Shown: one piece after another, positions 1 through 11,437 of the stretch
Position numbering within the stretch: the stretch's first letter is position 1
Layout: every line of letters begins with the position of its first letter
NCBI GenBank assembly: GCA_965235115.1
Contig: OZ249436.1
Coordinates: 11,038,001-11,098,000, forward strand
DNA from: Laetmonice hystrix
Taxonomy: Eukaryota
Direction of reading: 5' to 3'
Length of the DNA stretch: 60,000 nucleotides
The notes under the pieces: generated by a model
Seen by the model: only the letters and a program-made list of their open reading frames with translations
Database searches by the model: none
Told to the model about the DNA's origin: nothing
Position numbers and translations under genes: made by a program

Positions 1-208
1 CACGGTATCCGTGAGGATGGGATAAATATATGTTTCAACTGTTCTAGTTTAGATTGTAACGGATGCAATCATCCAACCACTCGGAGCATTCTACAAACAG
101 CACTACTTCAATCAGCCAGCACACAGAGGGCAGAGACATGACTTCATACGTCATATCCCTAGCCCAGCGTCCATGCTGAGACGGTAGCGCCCTCTGCCGG
201 GCCGTTAC

Positions 209-960
209 CAGTGCACTCCCTGGCGCGTGACGGTGATACACGTGTAGCCACGGCCGTCGTCAGCCGGCGCCATGATCATAGCGTCCCGGCCTTTCTTCAA
301 CTCACACGGCAGACTCTGCCTCCACGCCTGCCCTGCCCCCTGGTGGTGGCTGAGGCTGGCCGACCGCTGGCGGTGGTGGTGGTGGTGGTGATGGTAGCGG
401 CGGTGGTCAGCGGCGGGTGGAGGATCAGCCCTGGTGACGTCGTAAGCTGACTGCGTGCTGTGCCAAGGCGGGGACAGGGACTCGCCAAGCACGGCCGACT
501 GGGGACGGGCCCCCAGTCGCGGCAGGCTCCGCGACTTCTGCCGTCTCACGTCCAAAATGTCCCCAACCTCGGCCGAGACCGAGCAGGAGGAGGAGTAGGA
601 TGGCGGGGCTGGGTGTCGGGTCCTGGGGTGAGGCCTGAGGACGGGGCCGGGGAGCAGGGTGCCTGAGGCCGACCGAGGGAGGTGGACAGAGGGTTGGGGA
701 TCAAACTGTAAAGTTGTCACATAGCCCGTCCTAGGCAGAGTGCTGGCCCTGGCCTCCTGGGCAGGTAAGGGCCGGCCGCCGTGAACAGAGCTAGAGGGTC
801 TGGCCCATGGGATGGGGTTGTTCTGACGACTGCTCGGTCGAAAGGTGCTCAGTACGACCGGTGGAGGTCTCTCATCGATGTTCACACTCTGACTCCGCGG
901 CCGGTGCAGTCTCCGTACCGTTATGGCAACTGTCTCAGCATCCTGACTCAATCCCTTCAT
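209..960 (-). CDS. Large low-complexity (Pro/Ser/Arg/His-rich) coding exon, probable alternative N-terminal exon (MKGLSQDAETVAIT...TRQGVH[W]) of a gene continuing left of the window
   Basis: 251-aa non-repetitive, GC-rich ORF with a poly-His run and RxxS-type motifs (RPRSQSV, RQRSASL). Its apparent stop is part of a splice donor (CAC TG|GTAACG, GT at 208-207, phase 2). Acceptor candidate ...tttgtgaccag at 973-972. Confidence 0.7.
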
Positions 961-971
961 GTGGCCGGTTC

Positions 972-1146
972 CTGGTCACAAATATCATACACCTGGTCAC
1001 ATGTATCATACACCTGGTCACAGGTATCATACACCTGGTCACAGGTATCATACACCTGGTCACGGGTATCACACACCTGGTCACGGGTATCATACACCTG
1101 GTCACAGGTATCATACACCTGGTCACAGGTATCATACACCTGGTCC
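972..1146. repeat. 21-bp minisatellite, 8 full copies (minus-strand unit GTGTATGATACCTGTGACCAG)
   Basis: Tandem copies of ctggtcacaggtatcatacac read directly at 972-1139. Confidence 0.95.
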
Positions 1147-1179
1147 AGGACGCATCGTCTCAACCTCCTCTGATCCTCT
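1140..1179 (-). CDS. 40-nt candidate exon (ATG at 1155: MRPGP) upstream of the 209-971 exon
   Basis: Good acceptor ttttatttcggtttcgtgtag|AGAGG and donor CAG|GTGTAT. A phase-1 join to 971 gives an in-frame MRPGPGTGHMKGLSQ. Confidence 0.45.
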
Positions 1180-2047
1180 CTACACGAAACCGAAATAAAA
1201 CATTCCCCAAACTTGAGAACAAGATAATGCAATTTAATCCTCCAAGGAGCGCATGAAGGTAACTCCTGGTCAAGGTATATCGAGAAAACCGTAATCCAAT
1301 ATTGTTCAAGAGGTTCAGCGATCAGAAGGCGATGTCGGATTGCTTGCTGCCCAGAGTGTGGCCAGCAACAGTACTGGCCGGTATGGTTTAGTGGCAGCCC
1401 AGTGCACGCGTTCAACTGATGAGCCACACTGACAGGGGTAGCACACGTGACTCTAACTCGCCTCTATTTATCACAGGTATCCACACAACAAGCAGCCAGG
1501 TACTGGCTTGCCCGTCTACCAACAGGTATCTGTGTCTACTGCAGCAAGTTGCAAGCAGCTATAGGCCTAGCTGCCCATTCCGAGGGCTGCGGTCTAAGTT
1601 ACGGCCGACCATCTACTGCAGGTATAAAGAATGTCTGGCCTCAAACTTCATCACGGCTACCCTCCCGCCGTACCAGGCCGTGGTAGGTAGATCTAACCCC
1701 ACCGTGTTTCAGCAACTGAATGCGTTCTAACACCCGAGCTCACCCCAACCCATACACACGCCTTATCTAGACGTTTAACACACCCACAGCGGTCCCATTC
1801 ACAGTCCATTATGACTTGGTAGCGATCTCTGTGTCAAAATGAGAAACCTCACGCAGCTCAATCCATTCGGGCAGTATTAAGTATTTTTTGAAATGTTAAA
1901 CGAACGAGCGGTTAAGTGGCCACACTTGGAGCGGTGCCGCCATGCTGGAGGAAGGTAAACTCGGCCTCACGGGAGATCCTCTTAACTGAGGAGTACTTCC
2001 AGCAGGTGGGCTATGTCTGCCCTCCCACGGCGAGCACGAGTATACAT

Positions 2048-4097
2048 CACTGGCTACACACTGATCATCGTAACGCGCGTTACGCTGATCCAAGATGGAC
2101 GATCCCGATGCTCGCTTCGCGTGTTTTTGTTCAAGTTACAAGGGCTACGGTGCATCAACAACATAAAACAACATCTGAATATCATGATAACAATGTGTGC
2201 CTGCCGTTTGTCTCAGTTTGGGGTCCTAGACGGGCGTAGATTAAGAGAAAATGGACGCAGAAGATTTGGCGATGATACCCGTAACGCGCAGCGCTGATCC
2301 CCGTAACGCAAGTTTAATTTGGTGACAGGATAGGCGTAACGCGGCACCTAAACCTTTCACTGAGCCTAAAGGTTTTTACGTAGACGAGTAGACGACTTTC
2401 AACATCGGCTCGTGATCTGATAATGAATCTCAACTTTGTAATGAGCATTATCTACTTCAGTATGAAGGTAAAACCATGAGGTACACGTATATAATAGGGC
2501 CCGGATTAACAGCGTGTGTGATACTATACTATACTATAGGTGTTACCATACAGAGTGTGTGTGGACCCCAGGGCGGGGTCACGAATCTAAGACATGCCTG
2601 GCAGGCACCATGAGAGATCGAGATGCTTTGTCCTTCCCCAGTACCCCGGGGTAGAGCACCCTGACTCCTCCGACAGGGAGTACGCTAGTGAATTTTGGGT
2701 ATTAGCCACAGTGGCTAACAACTGAGGAAAAGAACTAGCCACAGGGAAAAAGTTTTAGCCACATTTGTTTTAATGTTTTTTATTTAGGTAACCAGAGTTC
2801 ATTATACATGTATTATACAGTCTTAATTTCTCTGTATAATATAAAGTACATGTACTTTCATTTGCCAGCTGTGTGTAGGCCTAGTGAACGTTTTTGGGGG
2901 AATAAGCTGTCCTATATCTCGAGGATAACTCTACACAAGTGGCCCTCTTGAGCAGCAAGAATATTGGGATCCAGTACAGTACACCTACACCTCAGAGGAG
3001 GCCTGGCCCAAATTGACGGGTACCTAGGCTATAATACCCTCTCATCACAGCGATCCCCCCCCCCCTGACAGCCCCCACCCCTCACACCCCCGACCCCCGT
3101 ACTGAGCGGCCGAGCTGCCTCCCCACCTTCATGCCATGTGACCTCAGCCATGCTATGTGTCGCCTGTCCTCTCCTGGTACACTCAGCCTGCCAGGTAATC
3201 GGGATAGATTAAACTAGGCCTATATTACTCCTACAGGCTGACTGGCATCTGTCATAAACTCACCCCAGATGGACTGGACCCAGGCCGGGGAGACGGGCCA
3301 GTACTGAGGGTCGGCCTGACCTGGGGTAGTCCGTAGTAGACTAGGGGGAACAGACGCATACGGGCGGCTGGCCTGGCCTGGCGGAGAGACCGGGTCGGGT
3401 GGGTCGGTCACCCTGGTCTCTGACCACCCACATGTCACACCGACACACGTGATCCAACCACAGTCAGTGGTGGACCAGGCGTGCATGGAGGGGGGACCTG
3501 GGCTATAAACTGGAGACAGCTGGAATTTGCAGGCGTGGCGAATTTGGTGGTTTATTTTGGCAGTGGAACTCGCCACAGGCTGGAAGTATTCGCGTTTGCG
3601 AGCGTGGCTACCGCTAACGTACTCCGTTCTACATGAAATTAAACTGTCAAAACTCTGCCACGACCTGCACAAGATTTCAAATAACACAAACAATTAAATT
3701 CCCTTCAAACGAAAACTGGTGAGAATGGTGTTTCTACTTGAAAGACGAAGAATAAAGGCAGTACAGCTTACGAGTGAATGGCAGACTAACCAGCAATGAG
3801 TCGCGTTACGGGTATCAATAATTCGCGTTACGGGTATCATTTGTCAACATGCTTGTCCGCGTTACGGGTATCACAGCGAAAATTTTCGGAGCGATTTTTG
3901 AGATTTCTAGGCAATCTCAGGCGCCGAGGTTCACCAAACATGATGCCACCATTACAATAAACAACTCTGACGTCTTACAGATGAATCAGAGACGCGGAAC
4001 TGCTTGAAATACGCCTAGTTTTAGTTGAAGCGAGACCTGCCTTCCTCCATCTTGGATCAGCGTAACGCGCGTTACGATGATCAGTGTGTAGCCAGTG
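2048..4097. mobile_element. Non-autonomous DNA transposon with perfect 52-bp TIRs (CACTGGCTAC...), CMC/EnSpm-like ends
   Basis: 2048-2099 is the exact reverse complement of 4046-4097. ATACAT flanks both ends (6-bp TSD, or 2-bp AT). Subterminal CGTAACGC motifs at ~2280-2345 and inverted CGCGTTACGGGTATC at ~3800-3872. No transposase ORF. Confidence 0.9.
2674..3628. mobile_element. Possible older hAT-like element nested inside the TIR element
   Basis: Left end CAGGGAGTACGCTAG is followed by three TAGCCAC motifs. The right end CTAACGTACTCCGTT is an imperfect inverted match preceded by GTGGCTA. No clear TSD. Confidence 0.35.
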
Positions 4098-4194
4098 ATA
4101 CATGTACTAAGTCTTGCTGATACAACTGACGGGAACTGTCCAGCCTTCCCTCAAGCAGAACGCCAGGCAGGCCAGCGACAGGCAAACAATACTC

Positions 4195-4275
4195 TTTGAC
4201 AGGCTTGACAAGTTGACAGGCTTGACAAGTTTGACAAGTTTGACAAGTTTGACAAGTTTGACAGGCTTGACAGGC
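4195..4275. repeat. 9-10-bp short tandem repeat (tttgacaag / ttgacaggc)
   Basis: Read directly from the sequence. Confidence 0.85.
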
Positions 4276-7200
4276 AGGTAGTTATCTACACGGCACCCAC
4301 GAGGGATCCTGTTTGATGTGAAGCTTGGAGCATTCCTATTGTGTAAAAGTATGATCCGACTACTGATCCAAGTGGGATTCCATGCAGGTATCTATAAATA
4401 CACCCAGGGTGACCAGAGTCAGGCGTCACACAGAACATCGATCAGGTTACCTTAAGACTGGCCCCGGGCGGGACTGTCTGCCCCATCAATCAACTAATGA
4501 GGTCCTAAAAATACCTGTAGGCCATCGCCACCTCTACTCTACAGGTGGCTTCGGGCATCTCAGGGATTTATCTCCTAGAAATATCTCCAATTGGTTTATT
4601 CTCACCATTTCTCTCGACCTTTACTCAAACTAAATCATGTGCCAATGTCATGAACATTGGATTCAAATGGCACGTTTCCAAACCGTAAACAGCTGAGGTC
4701 CTGGGTTCTAGTTTTCAGCTAGGCTTTCTTTCTTATACAGACTAGGCTTGAGTTATGATGCAAGTATTGTCTGTGTGTATGTTTCTATGTGCCAACAATA
4801 ACAAGTAATTCTGTTACTGCCAACGCCAAGAGGCTTTTCCCCCTATTAGTTTAGGTCCGTATCATCAGGGCTGAAGTAAACAAACTGTATTGTGAACACA
4901 TATTTCTTTTTGCTGTTCTTACTGCGTCTAGACAACCTGTCTCCGACAGAGGTCACTAGAGGTCAAGCCACTTGACCCTTCCTGAACTCTTGCCTTGCAA
5001 GCGTTTCAATACGTTCAGTCCAGGTTAGCACAAAGCAGGTGAGAGGACCTTCGTAACAATACATATCATAGTTCGTGAGGTCATGCGCTTTATGTGGCCC
5101 CAAGTCAGGCGGTTCTTTGGTTCCACATTTTACCACCATGTGTCAGCACTGTAACCGTCTCACTCTATGGACCGTCGGGCCAGTGCCGGCCACGTGCGTT
5201 AATACATATGTGTTATACTCGGCCTGTCACGTACACGTCTCTCCTGACAAGTTTACATTATTAAAGTATTTATATCCTCCAACAATAGAACTGTGTTATC
5301 ATCATTCATGATCATCATCATTCATTCGCGATGTTTAATTGGCTTCATTAGCCTGTACCTGGAAGCAAGGATACATTATTTCTGGAGAGAATAAAAATTA
5401 GAATATTACTTTAGTGTAGGAAACTACCTACATTACTCAGCCTGTCAGTAGCTGAGCTGATTGTTCGGGGATTCACTGCAGTAACTTCATGAGTGGGGAA
5501 GTCATTGACCATCCAAACAGTTCCTCTGTAATCGAATGATCCAGTAAGACCATTTCGTCGTTTAATGACCACCACACAAAGACATCACCTCGATGTGCAC
5601 CAACTCTCTACAAGTGACGGAAATAGTTCTTAGACAATGACGATTCCCTCCGTATTGGGCAAGTGTTGTCTAGGAGTAAGCAAAAAGACAGTCCTTATAG
5701 ATCTTCGTATCTATTTCCAAATCCTTCAATTCGCCAATTATAATGTTCACTGAAACCCTTACAAATAGTAGTAGAAATCGTGTGGAATCATAGAGGAATA
5801 CTTGTTATGAATGTGTAAGATTCACATTGTCAACTTTCATGATCGTCACCATTTCATCAGGCCGGCGTTTTAAGAGTTAAATCCAAGTACAAGTTTTTTC
5901 CTTTCACTACATGAACCCGACGTCTTTCACTTGGCTCGGCCGATTTGACCGATTCCTTTCACTCAGCACAATATCTCCACTATATCCTTAACGAGATCTG
6001 TCTATCCTGAACAAACATTTGTAGGTTAGCTCCAGCGTTGGTCTTTGTGTTTCACACAGAGGAGCCTATTTTCGGTACATGTGTATGCATTCATACCCCG
6101 GTCTTTCCGTCCGTTCATCCACTCCGTCCTGGGATCCTATGTTCTCGTTTAGTTTGTTGGCACACAACCACCTCAACTTCTGCAAATCTGGCGGTTACGA
6201 GGAGTTTGAGAGCAGTGAACCACTAACGTCCACTGACTCAACAACCAATCAGTGCGACTGTGTCTCCTCCGCTGGTGGTGAAGGAGCCGTGCTAGAAGTG
6301 ATACAGGGTGTATCAAAAAAAGTATCCAGTCAGAAAGATGAACCAGAAACGAACCTTTCAACCTAAGCGGGGTGCAAAGCTCTGTGTAAAGAAATGGCGG
6401 TCATGGAGGACGAATAAAGAGTTATACTTTTCCAAGGAACCGGTAGTAAACACAGTACCGGTACATGTTAAATTTGCCTGTCATGGGCTCTGAACATGTT
6501 TGAAACCTTGAATTTTTTTGCTCAAGTTAATTCCCGGTTTACGAAATTGGCCCCTGTTCACACAGCTCTACATGATCGTGAGGTAGCGTGAAACCTTCGT
6601 CACCAATATGTCTGTCGGATTTGATGAAACTAATGACAGGATTATTTCTGGTTCATGTTTCGGAGTGTATACCTTTTGTTGATACACCCTGTAGTATAAG
6701 TTGATAAGGAGCCTTGCCAGGGCGGACCGCCCCATGGTTAACATAGAAACCGGCCATTTCCTTCTCGAGTAGCTGCATAAAAAAATGTACGTGACTAATG
6801 AACAATGAACGATTCCGTTTCCCCCAGGAGAAAGGTGCAACCACAGGAGCCCACTTCACACTCCGACGTTTCTGATCAGAATCAGAGCACTTGTTTCTGG
6901 CACGGCATGGGTTGACCGCTCCACCCGAGTCACGACTCAACACAACTGGCAGCTTTCAACTCCCCCCCCACTCCTCAAGTATTAATTGTGGCCTCACTGT
7001 GGGCAAGACAAATGAGGCCACACTTCAATTGTGCCAAAGTTGTACAGAATGGCACAAAATTGTATGCGAAGGATTTTGAGAAAAAGGAGTCAATGTATAG
7101 AGCACACCCGACACCCCAGAATAAACGACAGCGTTTTTTCAGACCTTCCTGCCCCCTTCATTTATTCAGGCCACTCTCCACATCATATTCGCCGGTATTT

Positions 7201-8536
7201 TAGACAAACTGCACACCCCGTGAGTAACAGATGTTCCCGAATCATGTGCAACCCATCTGTTATCACAAAAAAAAACAGTTCTGAATTCCGAAGGAATGAT
7301 GTGAGCTGACTGACTTTCAATAAAACCTGTCACAGATCCTTTTGACACTTGACTCTTCATTTTTTGCGCTTCCATAAAGGCGAGTCTTTCTCCGGCAGGG
7401 CAAAATATGTTCCTTTGCATATTTTCAGTTTTCCATTTTTTTTCAACAAGTTTTCACAAATAATAACCTATTTCTTTTCACATATTTTGGTTTATGCTAT
7501 ACGTTTATGAGTGCAATGGTACTTCCCGACAATCTTTGGTCTTTCACTGTAATAATATTAAATGACATTTTCACTGTAACATGGAGAAATCATTGCTTTC
7601 CAACTTTCCATTGTAACGGGATGTATTTGAACACAATCTCAAACAGTACCACTCTGCGAATAGTGAATTCAATCCTGAACGGTTTACGGCTTGATGCTCG
7701 ACAACAATTACAATTCTACATGGACTGTAATACGCCGCTCGCCGCCACAATGGTATAATTGTGCCAAGCTCCACCAAAACCTCACTTCAGTTCCCGTCCA
7801 TGACCGACTTCATTAATTGGAGGGAGTAGAACACTCAGGAAAATTACCTATTTGGTGGTTTGGGAACCAATTTTTTCCTATTAATATTAGCCGGATAATG
7901 CTAGTTCCCATGGTAATCACACATAAAGCACTACCGCGATTTTTTTTGAACCGTTTCAAAGATTCAGTGCTTTGTGTGATAATTTGTCATATTGCTCGCT
8001 GAACTATGGCACCACAGATACTTTGAACACAGCAGGTATGTTTTTAAAGATCTATCTTTAGTTATCTCATTTGTTAAATATATCTGTAATAATTATTTAC
8101 CTACTTGTGTTTTGTTTCAACTTAATAACATAAAGGGTGGGGGATATATGTTGGCATGAAATCCAAGTGCTGAACGCAAGCGTTCTCCCTCCGACAGCGA
8201 TAGTTAGCAAGGTTACCGCCAGATGGCACACATGCATCAAGACCACCCTCACTGACGTTAAACCGGGATCCACAGACTTCTGTCGCTCTTGTCCTATTAT
8301 TTAACAGATGGAAACACCAAAATAATAGTAGTGACTTGCAGAATCTGTTGTTGGCCTTCATGATCCCTCACCTCGTACAGACCTTCCATCTCTTTATCTA
8401 AGCTATACTCATCACCTTTGACGTTTTTATCTGATACTGAGGTCCCATTCTTGATCCCATTTTTTTCGACCACAGCCCCCCCCCCGACCTATGACATGTA
8501 GAACTTTCCAATACTATAATGTGAAAGCTTGCGCCC

Positions 8537-9112
8537 TTACAACGTTCTGTCGTCGGTACATTCTCAGACAGCCAGCCGTTCACAGCGAGCTCACTGTGCC
8601 CGCAGTTATAACACGACTTTCTCACCCTGTAAGCTCGTCTCTCGACCTCACGGAGTTAGTGCTAACAGGCACAGATCGTAGGCAGATAGCTCTTCATTCT
8701 GTCAGCATTCTGTCAGCAGCCTTGTTTTACAACGTTCTGTCGTCGGTACATTCTCAGACAGCCAGCCGTTCACAGCGAGCTCACTGTGCCCGCAGTTATA
8801 ACACGACTTTCTCACCCTGTAAGCTCGTCTCTTGACCTCACGGAGTTAGTGCTAACAGGCACAGATCGTAGGCAGATAGCTCTTCATTCTGTCAGCAGCC
8901 TTGTTTTACAACGTTCTGTCGTCGGTACATTCTCAGACAGCCAGCCGTTCACAGCGAGCTCACTGTGGCCGCAGTTATAACACGACTTTCTCACCCTGTA
9001 AGCTCGTCTCTCGACCTCACGGAGTTAGTGCTAACAGGCACAGATCGCAGGCAGATAGCTCTTCATTCTGTCAGCATTCTGTCAGCAGCCTTGTTTTACA
9101 ACGTTCTGTCGT
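8537..9112. repeat. Tandem triplication, units of 190/179/190 bp
   Basis: ttacaacgttctgtcgt recurs at 8537, 8727, 8906 and 9096. The middle unit lacks the internal 11-bp attctgtcagc duplication. Confidence 0.95.
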
Positions 9113-10607
9113 AGAGTTGTAATGTACATAATTCTAGATGCCACATTGACCTGGACACAAAGATTAAGCATCACTATCATAAAATTATGCAAAACCAATG
9201 CAACTTTAAAGAAGAAAAAAATGCACAAAATCAAGTTACTGATAATGCCGCCCAATATTAACGGTAACTACGAGATAATTTTATGAACGTTGAATGGACG
9301 TTTATCACCGTCATCCGTCCATACGCTGACAAACCAGAAAAACCAATTCATATACAGCTGTGTGACACGTGAGAAAAACAGCTCTGGTTTAACCAGACAG
9401 AAGGTGTATATAAAGTCTGAAACCAACTGCCACGGCAGTCTTTTTTTTCACAAAAAATAAAAATGCAAAGAAAAACAGGGCTTGGAGAGAGGGTGATAGA
9501 GAGACTCCAATAACAGTTGGTCGAACTATGAAACAGCATTATGCTTTCCCCCCTTCCATGAGCTAGTCTTGCACGAACTACTGGGTCAGAATGAATGCAG
9601 AATGAGTAAGTGAACCAATATATCGGGTACTTATTCTCACTGACCCCAATCACATAACCATTCTCAATATCCGTCCTTTATAAAATATGGTCAATTCTGA
9701 TCTTGTTCTAAAAGAGATTGAATTTTTATCAATTTACCATCGTGATCATTGCTTTCAGTATTGTCTGCAGGTGTTCCGTTGTTCACCGGACACCGCGTAT
9801 TTCAGATCAGATATGCTGACAATACTTGTATAGACATTCGTGATAATCAGGTTTATTGACACAGTAATTAAGATTATATGGGTTTACATATCCGTTTTCC
9901 CTTTGTATTACAGCACAAATCTCAGCTCTCTACAATCTGTGAGAGATTTATCCATTCTACACTCAATTCTAGAATTGGGCCACTGGGTGCAATTCGGCGT
10001 TATGAACAGGTCAGGCCGAAATAAATGGCACAGCTCGGCTGATTTGACCGAAATCTAGTTTACCCGTGCCAATGCGCATGAGGAAATATGAAAAGTTGTT
10101 TGAACATAAAACTCCAGACAGAATGCTATGAATCAAGATCAAAGATAGCGGCCCCCCCGGTACTAGATCAGTTTGGCCCCGGATACAATCATTTTATGAG
10201 TTACGATACGGGTTGTGAGTAAGAAACATCAATAGACACTCGCTGTATAAATATGACTTGTTATCCACGATCCAATACAATGATTTATTCCATACAAGCT
10301 ATATATTTGTAATATTGTCACTTTATATAATAACACTCAATATCTAAACGTATCATGTGCCCGTCCTTTTCAAGCCATTGATTTTCAAGTGCGCGGTGTT
10401 CAAAGCTCTATAAGCTGGGTTCATCAAAAGGAAATGGTTCGATCGTTCACCCTGTTTGAACAGACTGAGTGGTCGCCTTGGTGACCAACCAGAAAACCTG
10501 CCCTCAACTGAAACCATCGTCCGTCCTGGTCAGTTTGCCGGAGTCTGTCTCTGATCACACGGTCGATAGAAGCAGAACCTCCCAACACATATAGACTGTC
10601 CTCACGG

Positions 10608-11437
10608 CTGTGGACCCAGCCTGTGGACCCACCTCAAATGGTGAGGCGAGCCTGTGTACCCACCTCCAATGGTGGGACCAGTCTGTGGACCCACCTCCAA
10701 TGGTGGGACCAGTCTGTGGACCCACCTCCAATGGTGGGACCAGCCTGTGGACCCACCTCCAATGGTGGGGCGAGCCTGTGGACCCACCTCCAATGGTGGG
10801 ACCAGTCTGTGGACCCACCTCCAATGGTGGGACCAGTCTGTGGACCCACCTCCAATGGTGGGACCAGTCTGTGGACCCACCTCCAATGGTGGGACCAGTC
10901 TGTGGACCCACCTCCAATGGTGGGACCAGTCTGTGGACCCACCTCCAATGGTGGGACCAGCCTGTGGACCCACCTCCAATGGTGGGGCGAGCCTGTGGAC
11001 CCACCTCCAATGGTGGGACCAGCCTGTGGGCCCACCTCTAATGGTGGGACCAGTCTGTAGACCCACCTCAAATGGTAAGGCGAGCCTGTGGACCCACCTC
11101 TAATGGTGGGACCAGTCTGTAGACCCACCTCAAATGGTGGGGTGAGCCTGTGGACCCACCTCTAATGGTGGGACCAGTCTGTAGACCCACCTCCAATGGT
11201 GGGGCGAGTCTGTGGACCCACCTCTAATGGTGGGGTGAGCCTGTGGACCCACCTCTAATGGTGGGACCAGTCTGTAGACCCACCTCAAATGGTGGGGTGA
11301 GCCTGTGGACCCACCTCTAATGGTGGGACCAGTCTGTAGACCCACCTCCAATGGTGGGGTGAGCCTGTGGACCCACCTCTAATGGTGGGACCAGTCTGTA
11401 GACCCACCTCCAATGGTGGGGCGAGTCTGTGGACCCA
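10608..11437. repeat. 31-bp minisatellite (~27 copies) with internal hairpin cccacc-tccaat-ggtggg
   Basis: Tandem ctgtggacccacctccaatggtgggaccagt. The overlapping ORFs show a 31-aa period, consistent with a 31-bp unit. Confidence 0.95.

Noticed and set aside
1140..1179. EDQRRLRRCVLDQ frame as the start of a RhoGEF DH domain (common exon)
   Set aside because: The resemblance is only a few residues and the continuation is not in the window. It remains an alternative reading, but no gene name can be assigned.
4120..4200. SINE-like fragment
   Set aside because: Vague similarity only, with no recognisable tRNA A/B boxes or tail.
5480..7420. Possible decayed TE coding remnants (minus NIIIGE/LLDH endonuclease-like words; plus CQSCTEWHKIVC PHD-like; KRTFQPK)
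   Set aside because: The motifs are short, on inconsistent strands and interrupted by stops. They cannot be supported without an HMM search.
10555..11437. CRISPR-like palindromic ~30-bp repeats
   Set aside because: Units abut directly with no unique spacers, there are no cas genes, and the context is eukaryotic.
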